NCBI GenBank assembly: GCA_040386535.1
Contig: JAZKFH010000036.1
Location: forward strand, 1-52,670
Direction: 5' to 3'
Origin: Myxococcota bacterium
GTDB taxonomy: Bacteria > Myxococcota_A > UBA796 > SXON01
Length of the DNA: 52,670 bases
Shown: positions 17,928-27,503 of the stretch, in pieces
Position numbering within the stretch: position 1 is the stretch's first letter
Layout: each line of letters starts with the position of its first letter
Position numbers and translations under genes: made by a program
The notes under the pieces: generated by a model
What the model saw: only the letters and a program-made list of their open reading frames with translations
What the model was told of the DNA's origin: nothing
Databases searched by the model: none

Positions 17928-18998
17928 TCAAATGCGGCACGTCGTCACCTCTCCGCCGCCCCCGAGCCGCTCCCGCGCGAACGCCGCCGCCTCGCTCTCG
18001 CCATCGTTCTCGATGGCCGCCGCCCAGGCCGCGCGAGCCTCCGCGTCTCGCCCGAGCCGGGCCAGGATGGTTCCCCACAAGAGGAGGTTGTCGCCCGCCT
18101 GGCCGGGCGTGACCATGCGCGCCGCGCGTGCGCAGAGCGCCTCCGCGTGGATGTCGTCGCCGGTCGCGGCGGCGATCCGCGCGAGGAGCACCTCGGCGTT
18201 TCGACGCGACGCCGCTCGGAGCGCCAGGCGCTTGCCCGTTCGGGTCGCGGCACGGGCCCCTTCCAGGTCGCCCGCGGCGAGGCGCACGGCGGCGTGGGTG
18301 TAGTGGTGTTCGCTCGCGTAGAGGGGCCCCACGTCCGCGACGACCGCGCCAGCGAGCTCGGCCTTCGCCTCGGCCACCCGCCCGAGCGCCGCCAGGATCC
18401 ACGCCCGCTGCTGGCGCCAGCCGCTGTGGAGGAGCGCCGAGGCGTCCAGCGGGAGTTGCAGCCGATCGAGGCGGACGAGGCTCCCCGCCCAGTCGCCGGT
18501 GTTGTAGAGCGCCTCGACCTTGTTCAGGTCGATCAGCTTCACGCCGTCCGGCGTGGCGGACCGCAGCCGCTCCCAGACGGCCGCGTCCCACCGTTCCCCG
18601 ACCGCGAGGGCCTCGGCGTAGGCGCCCAGGGCCACGAAGGAATTGACCGCGGTGTTGGCGACCTCGGCGACGACCTCCTCGGGATCGGTCGCGGGCGCGA
18701 GGAGGTCGAGCATCGAGCGCACCTGCGCGGCGGTGAGCCCACTGCCACCCACCATGCGCGTGTTGGCAACGCAGGCCTCGATCGCGACCTTCCAGGTGGG
18801 CAGATCATACTGCCGCCCCGCCCAGCGGAAGAGGACGAGCGCGCCCCTCCAGTGCCCGCGCCGCACAAGCTGGAACGCTGTGTGGTACGCGGCGAGGACA
18901 ACTCGCTGCCTCGACGCGATTGGCGCGGCCGCCCGAAGCAGGAGGAACGTGCAGAGCACGTAGAAGGCCACGGTCACCAGATGCTCGGGCTCAGCCAC
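17928..18998 (-). CDS. Membrane-anchored TPR-like hypothetical protein
   Basis: N-terminal hydrophobic helix; TPR-like repeats (WGTILARLGRDAEARAAW). Confidence 0.7.
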   Translation of the reverse strand: MAEPEHLVTVAFYVLCTFLLLRAAAPIASRQRVVLAAYHTAFQLVRRGHWRGALVLFRWAGRQYDLPTWKVAIEACVANTRMVGGSGLTAAQVRSMLDLLAPATDPEEVVAEVANTAVNSFVALGAYAEALAVGERWDAAVWERLRSATPDGVKLIDLNKVEALYNTGDWAGSLVRLDRLQLPLDASALLHSGWRQQRAWILAALGRVAEAKAELAGAVVADVGPLYASEHHYTHAAVRLAAGDLEGARAATRTGKRLALRAASRRNAEVLLARIAAATGDDIHAEALCARAARMVTPGQAGDNLLLWGTILARLGRDAEARAAWAAAIENDGESEAAAFARERLGGGGEVTTCRI

Positions 18999-19023
18999 GA
19001 GCGCGCCGCCGAGCCGTCACGGG

Positions 19024-19158
19024 TCAAATCGCAACGCTCGCCCCCGGGGCGGGCGTATCGTTCTCCAGCGTCACCCGCCGCCAGACCGCGTCGTGGTAGT
19101 CGCCCTGGAACGGATGCGACGGGCTCCAGAGGTCGTCCGGCGGCTGGTTCGTAAGCAT
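19024..19158 (-). CDS. Possible small protein (44 aa, MLTNQPPDDLW...)
   Basis: GGAG 6 nt before ATG; same strand as the downstream TPR-like gene. Confidence 0.35.
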   Translation of the reverse strand: MLTNQPPDDLWSPSHPFQGDYHDAVWRRVTLENDTPAPGASVAI

Positions 19159-19552
19159 GGCGGCTCCGCGGGTGCGGCGCGGAGGAGGTTCTCCGGCCCG
19201 AACGTCCGGGTGCGCGCGGGCGTCGCCGTATCTTACCAAAGGCGTCTCCGAGATGCTGTGTCCGGGGCCGCCAGCAGCGGAGCCCCGGGGCCACCGTCCG
19301 GCGATGGCCCACACATCGAACAAACCGAGACCCATCTCAACCGACGAGATCCGGACCCAATCGAAGCCGCCGGAAAGCGACCGAAGCGAGCTTCACGCCG
19401 CGATCCTTGGCTTCTGGGGAGACACAGCTCCGCACGCGCACGGGCTACGAATCCAGCGAGGTCACCCCACGGTGGCTCGTTTCCCCCAACCAAGCGAGGT
19501 GTCCCCTGTCCGACATCACCCCCGACGCGTCGACCCACAGGCAGGTGACCAG

Positions 19553-19813
19553 ATGAGCCGCGCCAGTCACCTCACCCGGACCCGCCGGTTGCAGCGGAAC
19601 CGCCGTGACGCGCGGCCTCGCCCCCCTGAGGCGGCCGCCACGGCGGCCTCTTCCTCGTCGCCGCCCCACGCCACCGACGCGCGCGCCCCGCACCTCCCGC
19701 CCGTCCTCGACACCCTCGTGACCGCGGCCAAGGTGATCCGCGGCGTGGGCGCCGGGCTCGCGAAGGCGGGAGGGAACCTGCTCCGGCAGCGCGCTGGCAA
19801 GCGGGCCAAGTAG
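19553..19813 (+). CDS. Possible small basic protein (86 aa)
   Basis: AGGTG upstream of ATG; plausible amphipathic C-terminus. Confidence 0.4.
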   Translation: MSRASHLTRTRRLQRNRRDARPRPPEAAATAASSSSPPHATDARAPHLPPVLDTLVTAAKVIRGVGAGLAKAGGNLLRQRAGKRAK

Positions 19814-19877
19814 GCCGCTCTCCGGACGCCCCCACAGCAACGGGTCGTAGCCCGATCACCGGCGTTCGGGGGGCGTT

Positions 19878-19897
19878 ACGGGGGGCTGGCCCCCCGT
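19878..19897. terminator. GC-rich hairpin between convergent genes
   Basis: ACGGGGGGC-TG-GCCCCCCGT inverted repeat. Confidence 0.4.
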
Positions 19898-19914
19898 CCC
19901 AAGATCCGCGAGCC

Positions 19915-20784
19915 TCAGCGCAGGAACCGCACCGGAGGCGGGGCCTTGGTCGACGCCCGGCCGCGCCGACGCCGCCACGCCGCGAATCGCCCCCGCGCCC
20001 AGCCGAACACCGCGGGGGCGACCGCCACGCCCACCACGCCCGCGACCAGCCCCAACGTGAGGAGCAGCTGGCGCGCCGGGCTGTCGAGCGGCATCAGGGC
20101 GCCGTCGGCCGGCGCGCGGGCCTGGAGCGCCTGGACCGCCGCGATGTCCACCGCGAAGTAGGTGTTCATGAGGGAGTTGGCGCTCTGCGCGACGCCGACC
20201 ACGTTGCCGTCCATCGTCAGCACCGGGGAGCCGCTCGACCCCGGCGCGATGCCCGCGGTGATCTGGAGCAGCGATGTGCGCGCGACGGCGTCGGAATGCT
20301 CGTCGGGGGGCAGGCCGTCGGGGCGCAACGCCGAGATGATGCCCTCCGTGACCGTCTGATCGAGGCCCATCGGGCTGCCGATGACGATGACCTTGTCGAG
20401 CACCGCGGGGCGGGTCGGAGCGCCGAGGGGCAACGCGGTGTAGCCGCTCCCCTCGATCCGGAGGATGGCGACATCGCTCTCCTCGTCGATCGCCAGCACG
20501 CCCAAGACCGTGTGCCGCGTGCCATCGGACATCTGCGCGATCGTGGGCCCGTTCGCGGCGACGTGTTGGTTGGTCACCACGAGCCCGTCGCTGGAGATGA
20601 GGAACCCGGTGCCATGTCCGGCCGACCCGCCCAGCAGGTCCTCCGACAGCAGCTTGACCACCGACGGGCGCACGCGCGCCACGAGCGCGGCAGGGTCGAG
20701 AGCGGCAGTGCCGAGCGCGGCAGGGTCATCCGCGGCGGCAGCCGGCGGGCACGAGAGGGCGACGAGCAGCGGGAGGATCGGCAC
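19915..20784 (-). CDS. Trypsin-like (S1C/HtrA-type, no PDZ) serine protease with C-terminal TM anchor
   Basis: GTGFLIS, TNQHV (His), SDVAIL (Asp), PGSSGSP (Ser); C-terminal hydrophobic helix then basic tail. Confidence 0.9.
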   Translation of the reverse strand: MPILPLLVALSCPPAAAADDPAALGTAALDPAALVARVRPSVVKLLSEDLLGGSAGHGTGFLISSDGLVVTNQHVAANGPTIAQMSDGTRHTVLGVLAIDEESDVAILRIEGSGYTALPLGAPTRPAVLDKVIVIGSPMGLDQTVTEGIISALRPDGLPPDEHSDAVARTSLLQITAGIAPGSSGSPVLTMDGNVVGVAQSANSLMNTYFAVDIAAVQALQARAPADGALMPLDSPARQLLLTLGLVAGVVGVAVAPAVFGWARGRFAAWRRRRGRASTKAPPPVRFLR

Positions 20785-21024
20785 GTCGGAGCCCTAACCG
20801 TGGCCGACACCTTCCGCCGAATTGGTCTACCCTCCGCGCGAGGCCGTTCCGCCTTCAGGAGCGTTCGGGAGAAATGCTCCCGTCGTCCGCTCGCGTCTGC
20901 TGGCCGCGGCCGCGCGTCTTCCTCGGTCACAGGTCTCGACCTGCTCCCTCGTCAGCCACGCAGCCGCGTCTCAGCAGCCACTTCGCGGACTCGGTCCGCA
21001 TTTCCGAACGCTCCAGGAGCGCCC

Positions 21025-21621
21025 ATGATTCGACCCCTCTTCCTCCTGCTCTCGTTGGTCGCTTGTGCCCGGAAAGACGACGAGGAGACCGGCACGGAAG
21101 GAGACAGCGACACGGACACCGACACGGACACGGACACGGACACGGACACGGACACGGACACGGACACGGACACGGACGTAGACACCGCCGACACCGGTAC
21201 GGGCGAATCGCCCCTCCTCCAATATCTGGACGGCGTCTGCGACCGCACCACCTGCACGTGGTCGGTCTACGCCACGGGCCAGATCGGCACGGTGACCCTC
21301 GAGTTGATCGAGACGGGCGCGGCCGGCTACGACTGCCCGCCCGACGTGGTGTGTGACGTGTGGCACGAGCGCCACGACGACTTCCTGCTGACCGACTTCA
21401 CCTCGGATGGGGAGGAGAAGTCGATCGTGCTCTCGCTCGTGTCGGACACGGACGACCAGGTGCAGAACGTGAGCACCGCCTTCGACGTGAACGACGTCCC
21501 AACGTCCCGCCAGCTCACCGTGTTGTTCAGCATCACGGACGCGGACGGCAACTACGCCGATTGCGCGGCCTACGGGCACGCGCCCGAGCACTTTGCCGAC
21601 GTGTGCGCGAACATGTGGTGA
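21025..21621 (+). CDS. Lipoprotein with Asp-Thr tract, unknown function
   Basis: AGGAG RBS, LVAC lipobox, (DT)n, Cys-rich mature domain. Confidence 0.85.
   Translation: MIRPLFLLLSLVACARKDDEETGTEGDSDTDTDTDTDTDTDTDTDTDTDTDVDTADTGTGESPLLQYLDGVCDRTTCTWSVYATGQIGTVTLELIETGAAGYDCPPDVVCDVWHERHDDFLLTDFTSDGEEKSIVLSLVSDTDDQVQNVSTAFDVNDVPTSRQLTVLFSITDADGNYADCAAYGHAPEHFADVCANMW
21103..21177 (+). repeat. 6-bp tandem repeat including perfect (GACACG)9 at 21121-21174
   Basis: Direct reading. Confidence 0.92.
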
Positions 21622-21634
21622 CACCCCGCGCACC

Positions 21635-22285
21635 TCAATCCGGCCCGGTCCCCTCGCCCGTGTCGTGACACCCGATCGCGGCGGCATCGAGTGATCCGCG
21701 CACACACACCCGGTTCGTGTCGATGGTGAGCGGCCACACCTCCTCGACCACGACGCTCACGAGGGCGCCGTCGCCGTCCAGGAAGGAGCGGAGGTACATC
21801 GACGAGGCCGGGTCCGAGCGCGGCAGATCGACCGCCGCGGGGTCGAGGGTGGCGTTGGCGACCACGCCGCCGGGGGGCTGGTCCGCGCGGGCATCGGCGG
21901 TGGTCCACCGCGCCTCTCCCGTGATGTCCAGGCGGCGATCCGCCGTGGCGAGCCGCCAGCGCGCGAGGGCCGCGAGCGCCACGGGGCAGGAGGCCTCCGT
22001 CCCGATCGTCGTCTCCACGGCGTTGCCGGGCGTCACCGTCAGGGTGGCGGCGCTGGTCGTGCCGTCGTCCCAGGTGAGCGTGGCGGTGTGCTCTCCCACC
22101 GCGAAGCCGAACACGTCGTCGGCTGAGAGGCCGCTCGCGGAGGGAGATGTCCAGTCCTCCAGCGGGCGCTCGACCGGCGCCGTCTCCACGCACGGCGGCA
22201 CCCCCTCCTGGTTCAGCGGCGGCGCGGAGTCGGTCGACGGTTCTTCCTTCGGCGAGCAGCCGGCGAGGATCAGCGCGTACAGCAT
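21635..22285 (-). CDS. Hypothetical lipoprotein
   Basis: MLYALILAGC lipobox; coding-like composition. Confidence 0.75.
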   Translation of the reverse strand: MLYALILAGCSPKEEPSTDSAPPLNQEGVPPCVETAPVERPLEDWTSPSASGLSADDVFGFAVGEHTATLTWDDGTTSAATLTVTPGNAVETTIGTEASCPVALAALARWRLATADRRLDITGEARWTTADARADQPPGGVVANATLDPAAVDLPRSDPASSMYLRSFLDGDGALVSVVVEEVWPLTIDTNRVCVRGSLDAAAIGCHDTGEGTGPD

Positions 22286-22416
22286 GTCCGGAGGATGCGC
22301 ACGTCGCGTGTCTCGCGCTGTCCCGGAACGGCAGGAGCGATGACCGCGTGCCGCGCGGGCACCGGGCCCCTTGACCCCGGCGGGCCCTTTCCGTAGGCTG
22401 CCCTATCGGAGGTTCC

Positions 22417-23589
22417 ATGGGCACCACGTCGAGCCGGAAGGCGCCGCAGAGCGACAGGAAGGTGGCGACGACCGCCCCCGCCACCGCGCCGGCCAAGGCC
22501 CCTGGGAAGGCGAAGGAGCCGCCGCCGCCGCCCGCCGGCCTGTTCCCCGGGATGGGCATCCAGGACGAGACCCAGGAGTTCGGCCCGCTCGCCTCGCGCG
22601 ACCGGGAGGGCGCTCCGGAGGGCGTGGTGCTCCACCGCACCGAGTCGCCGACCATGGAGTCCGCGCGGAACAGCTACCGCACGCAGATGAAGAAAGGGAA
22701 CCACGTCGGCGCCCACTACCTGGTCGGCAAGGAGGGCGAGACCAGCCTGACCGTCCCCACCGACAAGGTGGCCTCCCACGTGCGGGGCAACAAGGACGAC
22801 GACTGGAAGGGCGCCAACGGCTGGAGCGTCGGCATCGAGAACGTCGGCATGCCCGCGAAGGTCGACGCGAAGAAGGAGCTCCGCCCCCAGGTCGAGGCGC
22901 TCGATCTCCCCCCCGCGATGCGGACCCGGCTGCTCGGTCTGACCGACAAGCAGCTCAAGGCGACCCTGGCGGACGGCGGCAACGAGATCCACCAGGACAT
23001 CACCGGGCCGCAGAAGCGCTCGAATTGGAACCTGGTCAACGCCTTGTCCAAGGCGCACGGCTTCGACATCGGCACCAAGGTGCAGGCGCACGAGGATGTC
23101 GACCACAAGACCCTCGGCGAGGGCGAGCCCATCAAGGAGTTCGTCAGCGCGATGCAGGCGTGGCCCGAGAAGCTCAAGGCGCTGGGCGCGCGGATCGCGG
23201 CGATGCGGGCGGATCCGAAGCACGATCCCAAGGCGCTCGAGCAGCTGGTCGTCCAACTCGAGAAGGACGAGGCGACCTGGAAGGCCGTGGAGGCGGACAA
23301 GACGCCCGCCGAGAACACGGCGCTCGACGCGGAGAAGATCCTCGAGACCCCCGGCCCCGCCACGGCGCGCGAGGCCGATCGCAAGGGGTTCTACGACAAG
23401 TTCTGGCCGCGTACGCAGGCGCTGGACAAGGCGGGGGCGCCGGAGAAGGCGGCGGTGCCGGCGGGTGCGGCGACGGCGCCGGCCGCTGCGAAGGCGCCGG
23501 CTGCGGCGAAGGCGCCGGTCGCCGCGAAGGCGCCGGCTGGGAAGGCGCCGGTCGCTGGGAAGGCACGCGGAGCGGCGGCGGCGAAGTGA
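22417..23589 (+). CDS. N-acetylmuramoyl-L-alanine amidase (Amidase_2-like) with coiled-coil and Ala-Lys-Ala-Pro tail
   Basis: VVLHRT, AHYLV, ASHV, SVGIE, AHEDV motifs; GGAGG RBS. Confidence 0.78.
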   Translation: MGTTSSRKAPQSDRKVATTAPATAPAKAPGKAKEPPPPPAGLFPGMGIQDETQEFGPLASRDREGAPEGVVLHRTESPTMESARNSYRTQMKKGNHVGAHYLVGKEGETSLTVPTDKVASHVRGNKDDDWKGANGWSVGIENVGMPAKVDAKKELRPQVEALDLPPAMRTRLLGLTDKQLKATLADGGNEIHQDITGPQKRSNWNLVNALSKAHGFDIGTKVQAHEDVDHKTLGEGEPIKEFVSAMQAWPEKLKALGARIAAMRADPKHDPKALEQLVVQLEKDEATWKAVEADKTPAENTALDAEKILETPGPATAREADRKGFYDKFWPRTQALDKAGAPEKAAVPAGAATAPAAAKAPAAAKAPVAAKAPAGKAPVAGKARGAAAAK

Positions 23590-23595
23590 GCGCGC

Positions 23596-23937
23596 GTGGG
23601 GACTGACGACGACGAGTGGGATCCCGAGGCCGTGGTGGAGGTGCCCATCGACGGCACGCTCGACCTGCACAACTTCTCGCCCCGCGACATCCCGCACCTC
23701 GTGCCCGACTACCTCGAGGCCTGCCGCGAACGCGGGATCCTGGTCGTGCGGGTGGTGCACGGCAAAGGAAAGGGAACGTTGCAGCGCACGGTCCATGCCC
23801 TGCTCGGGAAGCTCCCGTACGTGGCCGCGTGGCGCCTCGCGGATGCCAACGCCGGGGCCTGGGGCGCCACGATTGTCACGCTCCATCCGGTCGCTTCGGG
23901 AGGGACAGCGGGAGGGACGGAGGGCGGCGGGGGTTGA
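23596..23937 (+). CDS. Stand-alone Smr domain protein
   Basis: LDLH, VRVVHGKGKG, WGATIV motifs. Confidence 0.9.
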   Translation: MGTDDDEWDPEAVVEVPIDGTLDLHNFSPRDIPHLVPDYLEACRERGILVVRVVHGKGKGTLQRTVHALLGKLPYVAAWRLADANAGAWGATIVTLHPVASGGTAGGTEGGGG

Positions 23938-24063
23938 AGGGACATGCATGTCCGTGTGCCAAAAAAACCAACTCCCACACGAGAGAGCGGCGGCTCCCGT
24001 CGAGGAAGCCGCCGCCCTGGGGCCGAGCCGCCCCCGCGCGGGTGCGAAGGGTGGCATCGCTCG

Positions 24064-24261
24064 CTACTTCTTGGATTTCTCCTCGGCCTCCTTGCCCTCC
24101 TCGATGAGCTCCTTGACCCGTTGACCGCCCTTGTGGCCGATCTCCGAGTAGAACTCCTCGCCGCGTTCGGCCTTTACCTTTTCGCCGCCCATGCGGCCGG
24201 CCTCCTCTACGGTCATCGACCCCTTCTCGCGCGTACCGCCCTTGTCTCCTTCCTTTGCCAT
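24064..24261 (-). CDS. KGG-repeat stress-induced protein (GsiB/YciG-like)
   Basis: MTVEEAGRMGG and FYSEIGHKGG repeats; GGGAGG RBS. Confidence 0.88.
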   Translation of the reverse strand: MAKEGDKGGTREKGSMTVEEAGRMGGEKVKAERGEEFYSEIGHKGGQRVKELIEEGKEAEEKSKK

Positions 24262-24347
24262 TCGGACCTCCCCCATCGAGGTAAGGGCACCCGGACCGAC
24301 CGACCGTCACACCCTGTCGCGGCCTGAGTGTTCTGCTACGCTTGTGC

Positions 24348-25724
24348 ATGCTCCTCCCCCTGCTGTTGCTCCTGGCCGGTTGTGACCCCTGTGGCGCGTG
24401 GGACGGCACCGTCGTGGAGGATCCCGACGGCCTCGACGCGACCCTGCGCGACACGCTCGCCGCCGACCTCGTCATCCTCCTCGACGCGTTCGGGGAGGGG
24501 CGGGTGTGTGTCGATCGGGTGGTCCTCGCCGAGCTCTCCGACGCGGACAGCGATCTGGTGACCGGCACCGCCCAGGTGGTGCACGTCGACCCCGACGCGG
24601 CCGACCCGCGGTGGCAGATGCGCGTCGGCCTCTGCATGGCGCTCGACAACCGCGAGCAGCTCGGCACCGACCCCACGTTCGCCGACCCCGACGAATTCTT
24701 CCAGCACTGCGCCCTCGGCCCCTTCGACCCCGGCTGGGCCGCGCAGATCGAGGCCGCCTGCGGCGAGTCGGTGTTGAGCGACGCGCAGCAGTTCATGCTC
24801 GACCGCGTGTACCTGCATGGCGACCGTCTCGTCGCAGACGGCGTGCTCACCACCACGCTCGGGGAGCCCGCCACCCTGCCTGACGTGCCGCGTGCCGACC
24901 TCGGCGGGGTGGCGCCCCTCGGAGACGGCGTGTCCGTGCTCGCATGGAAGGACCAGACCGACGTGGAGGCCCTCGATCTGTACACGGTCACCTTCGACGG
25001 GGCCGCCTCGACGTTGCTGCTCAGCCTCAGCGGCGCGACGCTCGACGCGCACGTGTTTGGCGGGCCCGACGCCGGCGTGGTGTACGCAGAGGTGGACGAC
25101 GAGCCCGCCATCTGGGTGGTCGACGCGGCGACGCGCACGGTCAGCTCCGTCCCCACCGCCGCGATCGGCAACCTGTTCGACGCGGTGGGCACGGTGAGCG
25201 GCGGGGTGTTGTACGTCGCCACCGGCTACCCCTCGGTCGATCCGCTCGTGGTGGTCGACCTCGCGACCGGCGCGCAGTCGGAGATCGCGCTTCCTCCCCC
25301 GCTCGATCCGGTCCGTGCCATGGTGGTGAACGCCCTCGCCGCGGTGGACGACGGCTTCGTGGCCACCCTCACCGAGGCCGCGGTGGAGGCCACTTCCCAC
25401 TCCGTGAGCGTCACCGTGTACACCGTCATCACGGCGCGATGGAGCGCCGCCACCGGGTGGACCGAGCTGGACCGCTCCGAGGACTTCCAGGGCGCCCTCT
25501 TCGGATTTGGTGGCAGCGCCGCCCACGGGTACGTCGGGGGCTCCTTCAGCGGCGCCGGGAGCGTCCTCGCCGCGAAGGACCTCGCCACGGGCGCGCTCCA
25601 CGTCTCGTCCGACCGGTGCGTGGATGACATCCACCTGCCGGCCACGGTGGCGGGAAACACGCTCGTGGACCTGCGGAACCTGGAGCCGGTGACGCTGCAG
25701 CCGATTCGGTTGGTGTTGGAGTAG
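24348..25724 (+). CDS. Hypothetical lipoprotein, beta-rich C-terminal half
   Basis: MLLPLLLLLAGC lipobox; TGCTACGCT ends 5 nt upstream of the ATG. Confidence 0.8.
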   Translation: MLLPLLLLLAGCDPCGAWDGTVVEDPDGLDATLRDTLAADLVILLDAFGEGRVCVDRVVLAELSDADSDLVTGTAQVVHVDPDAADPRWQMRVGLCMALDNREQLGTDPTFADPDEFFQHCALGPFDPGWAAQIEAACGESVLSDAQQFMLDRVYLHGDRLVADGVLTTTLGEPATLPDVPRADLGGVAPLGDGVSVLAWKDQTDVEALDLYTVTFDGAASTLLLSLSGATLDAHVFGGPDAGVVYAEVDDEPAIWVVDAATRTVSSVPTAAIGNLFDAVGTVSGGVLYVATGYPSVDPLVVVDLATGAQSEIALPPPLDPVRAMVVNALAAVDDGFVATLTEAAVEATSHSVSVTVYTVITARWSAATGWTELDRSEDFQGALFGFGGSAAHGYVGGSFSGAGSVLAAKDLATGALHVSSDRCVDDIHLPATVAGNTLVDLRNLEPVTLQPIRLVLE

Positions 25725-25820
25725 TTGATTGGGTTGGGGGGGGCGGCGACCAACGTCCGCCAGGCGCCGACGGACCTTCGTCACCCATGTGGCGTCAAGC
25801 CCCCAGCCGCCACAATCCCC

Positions 25821-26198
25821 CTACCGCGTCAACTCCACCTTGATCATCTCGTCGAACCAGCTCTTCGGCCGGAACCCCGTCACCCGGCCCACCTCGGCGC
25901 CCTTCTCGAAGATCACCGTGGTCGGCGTGGCTTGGATCGCCAGCTCGGCGAGCAGGGCCGGCTCGGCTTCCGTGCTGATCTCGACCACGCGCACGCGGCC
26001 CTGGTAGGCGGTCGCGAGGTCGACCAGCACGGGCGCGAGCTGTCGGCAGGGCGGGCAGGTGGAGCTCCACACGTTCACGATGACCGGGATGTCGCTGGCG
26101 AGGACGTTGACACGAAACTCCTCCGCCGTTGCCACGCGCGTGGGCTGGATCTTCAACGTGGAGCCGAACAGGGCGGACAAGGCGGACAAGGACTTCAT
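25821..26198 (-). CDS. Thioredoxin family protein
   Basis: VIVNVWSSTCPPC CxxC motif; IQATPT cis-Pro loop. Confidence 0.88.
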   Translation of the reverse strand: MKSLSALSALFGSTLKIQPTRVATAEEFRVNVLASDIPVIVNVWSSTCPPCRQLAPVLVDLATAYQGRVRVVEISTEAEPALLAELAIQATPTTVIFEKGAEVGRVTGFRPKSWFDEMIKVELTR

Positions 26199-26262
26199 GC
26201 GCCTTCGTAACCCGCACGCCGTCCCTCACCCGCGGTTACGGTCCGCCCCATCGGGAGCTCCC

Positions 26263-27441
26263 ATGCTGGCGGTCGTCCTTGCATCGCTCGTCGGCTGCGC
26301 CGGCTCCGAGTACGGCCTCGCTGCCGACGGACTCACCGCGACCGACGGCCTCGCCCCCACCGACGACCTCGGCGGGGGCGCCGCCTTCGCAGCGTGGGCG
26401 CTCGGCACCACGCCTGACCTCACCCCGACGGCGAGCCCCCACACCCGGGTCGAAGCCTTTGCCCTCGGCCCCTCGCCCACCCCGGTCGCGGACTTCCTGT
26501 TCGTGATCGACGACTCGATCTCGATGAGGGCGGTGATGGACACCTTCGCCGCCGGCATCGGGTCGCTCACGCGGCCTGGGGTCTTTCCGTCGGGGAGCCG
26601 GCTCGCGGTGCTCAACACCACGCCGGGCGATCCGACTGACTTGTCGGTGCCCCACCCGGTGGTGCCGCCCAAGGGCGCCGACGACGTCGCGCCCGGATTT
26701 CTCGCCCTGGTGGACGGCGTGCGGATCGAGGCCTACCGCGCCGTCGCGCCCAAGCGGTACGCTCGGCGGTACGGGATGGACGGCTGCGAGGCGTGGTTCG
26801 CCCCGGACGAAGTGAACGCGCAGGGCGCCCCCTGCCTGCGCGCCCACGCGCAGATCCCGCTGCTCCCGGGGCGCGCGGAGGCGGGCCTGGTCGCGCTCGC
26901 CCAGTGGCTCGACGCGAGCGACACGCCGCGGTTCCGGGCGGGCGCCGCGGTCAACGTCGTCGTCATCTCCGATACGCACGATCCCGGCCTCGCGCCCGCG
27001 CGCCTCGCCGCGTTCGGCGCCGACGGGCAGGACCTCGTCGACGCGAGGCCCGACTTCGCGGCGCTCGTAGCCCTGGTGGACGAGCCGGTGGCCGCCTTCC
27101 GCGTGCACGCCATCGCGCCCACCACCGGCTGCACCGAGCCCTGGGGGTACCCCACCTACTTCGACGTGGTGGCCGACGCGGGCGGGGTCGCCGCCGACAT
27201 CTGCACGACCGCGGACTACGCGCCGGTGATCGCGGCGATCGCCCGGGCGGGCTCGGTGCGGCAGGCGCCGGTGCTGCGCCTGGGCTACCCGGCGGCGCAG
27301 GTCGAGGGCGTCGCCGGCGTCGACGGGCCGATCGGGTGGTCCGCCACCGACGATCCGCAGGCCATCGTGCTCGACGGCGCGCTCCCGGCGTCGATGCGGC
27401 AGGTGCGCGTGCGGTACCGGGCCGCGGCGGCTGGCGAATGA
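26263..27441 (+). CDS. Lipoprotein with vWA-like (MIDAS) domain
   Basis: LVGC lipobox; DFLFVIDDSISM (DxSxS) and VVVISD. Confidence 0.75.
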   Translation: MLAVVLASLVGCAGSEYGLAADGLTATDGLAPTDDLGGGAAFAAWALGTTPDLTPTASPHTRVEAFALGPSPTPVADFLFVIDDSISMRAVMDTFAAGIGSLTRPGVFPSGSRLAVLNTTPGDPTDLSVPHPVVPPKGADDVAPGFLALVDGVRIEAYRAVAPKRYARRYGMDGCEAWFAPDEVNAQGAPCLRAHAQIPLLPGRAEAGLVALAQWLDASDTPRFRAGAAVNVVVISDTHDPGLAPARLAAFGADGQDLVDARPDFAALVALVDEPVAAFRVHAIAPTTGCTEPWGYPTYFDVVADAGGVAADICTTADYAPVIAAIARAGSVRQAPVLRLGYPAAQVEGVAGVDGPIGWSATDDPQAIVLDGALPASMRQVRVRYRAAAAGE

Positions 27442-27503
27442 CGCGTCCGTGATCGTCCGCCGATCGCCGTGCTATCTCTGCGACAACCGATACGAGCGCG
27501 TCC

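Noticed and set aside
19899..19911. 13-bp match CCAAGATCCGCGA also at 52502-52514
   Set aside because: Matches of this length are expected by chance in 52 kb of GC-rich DNA, and the flanks do not align.
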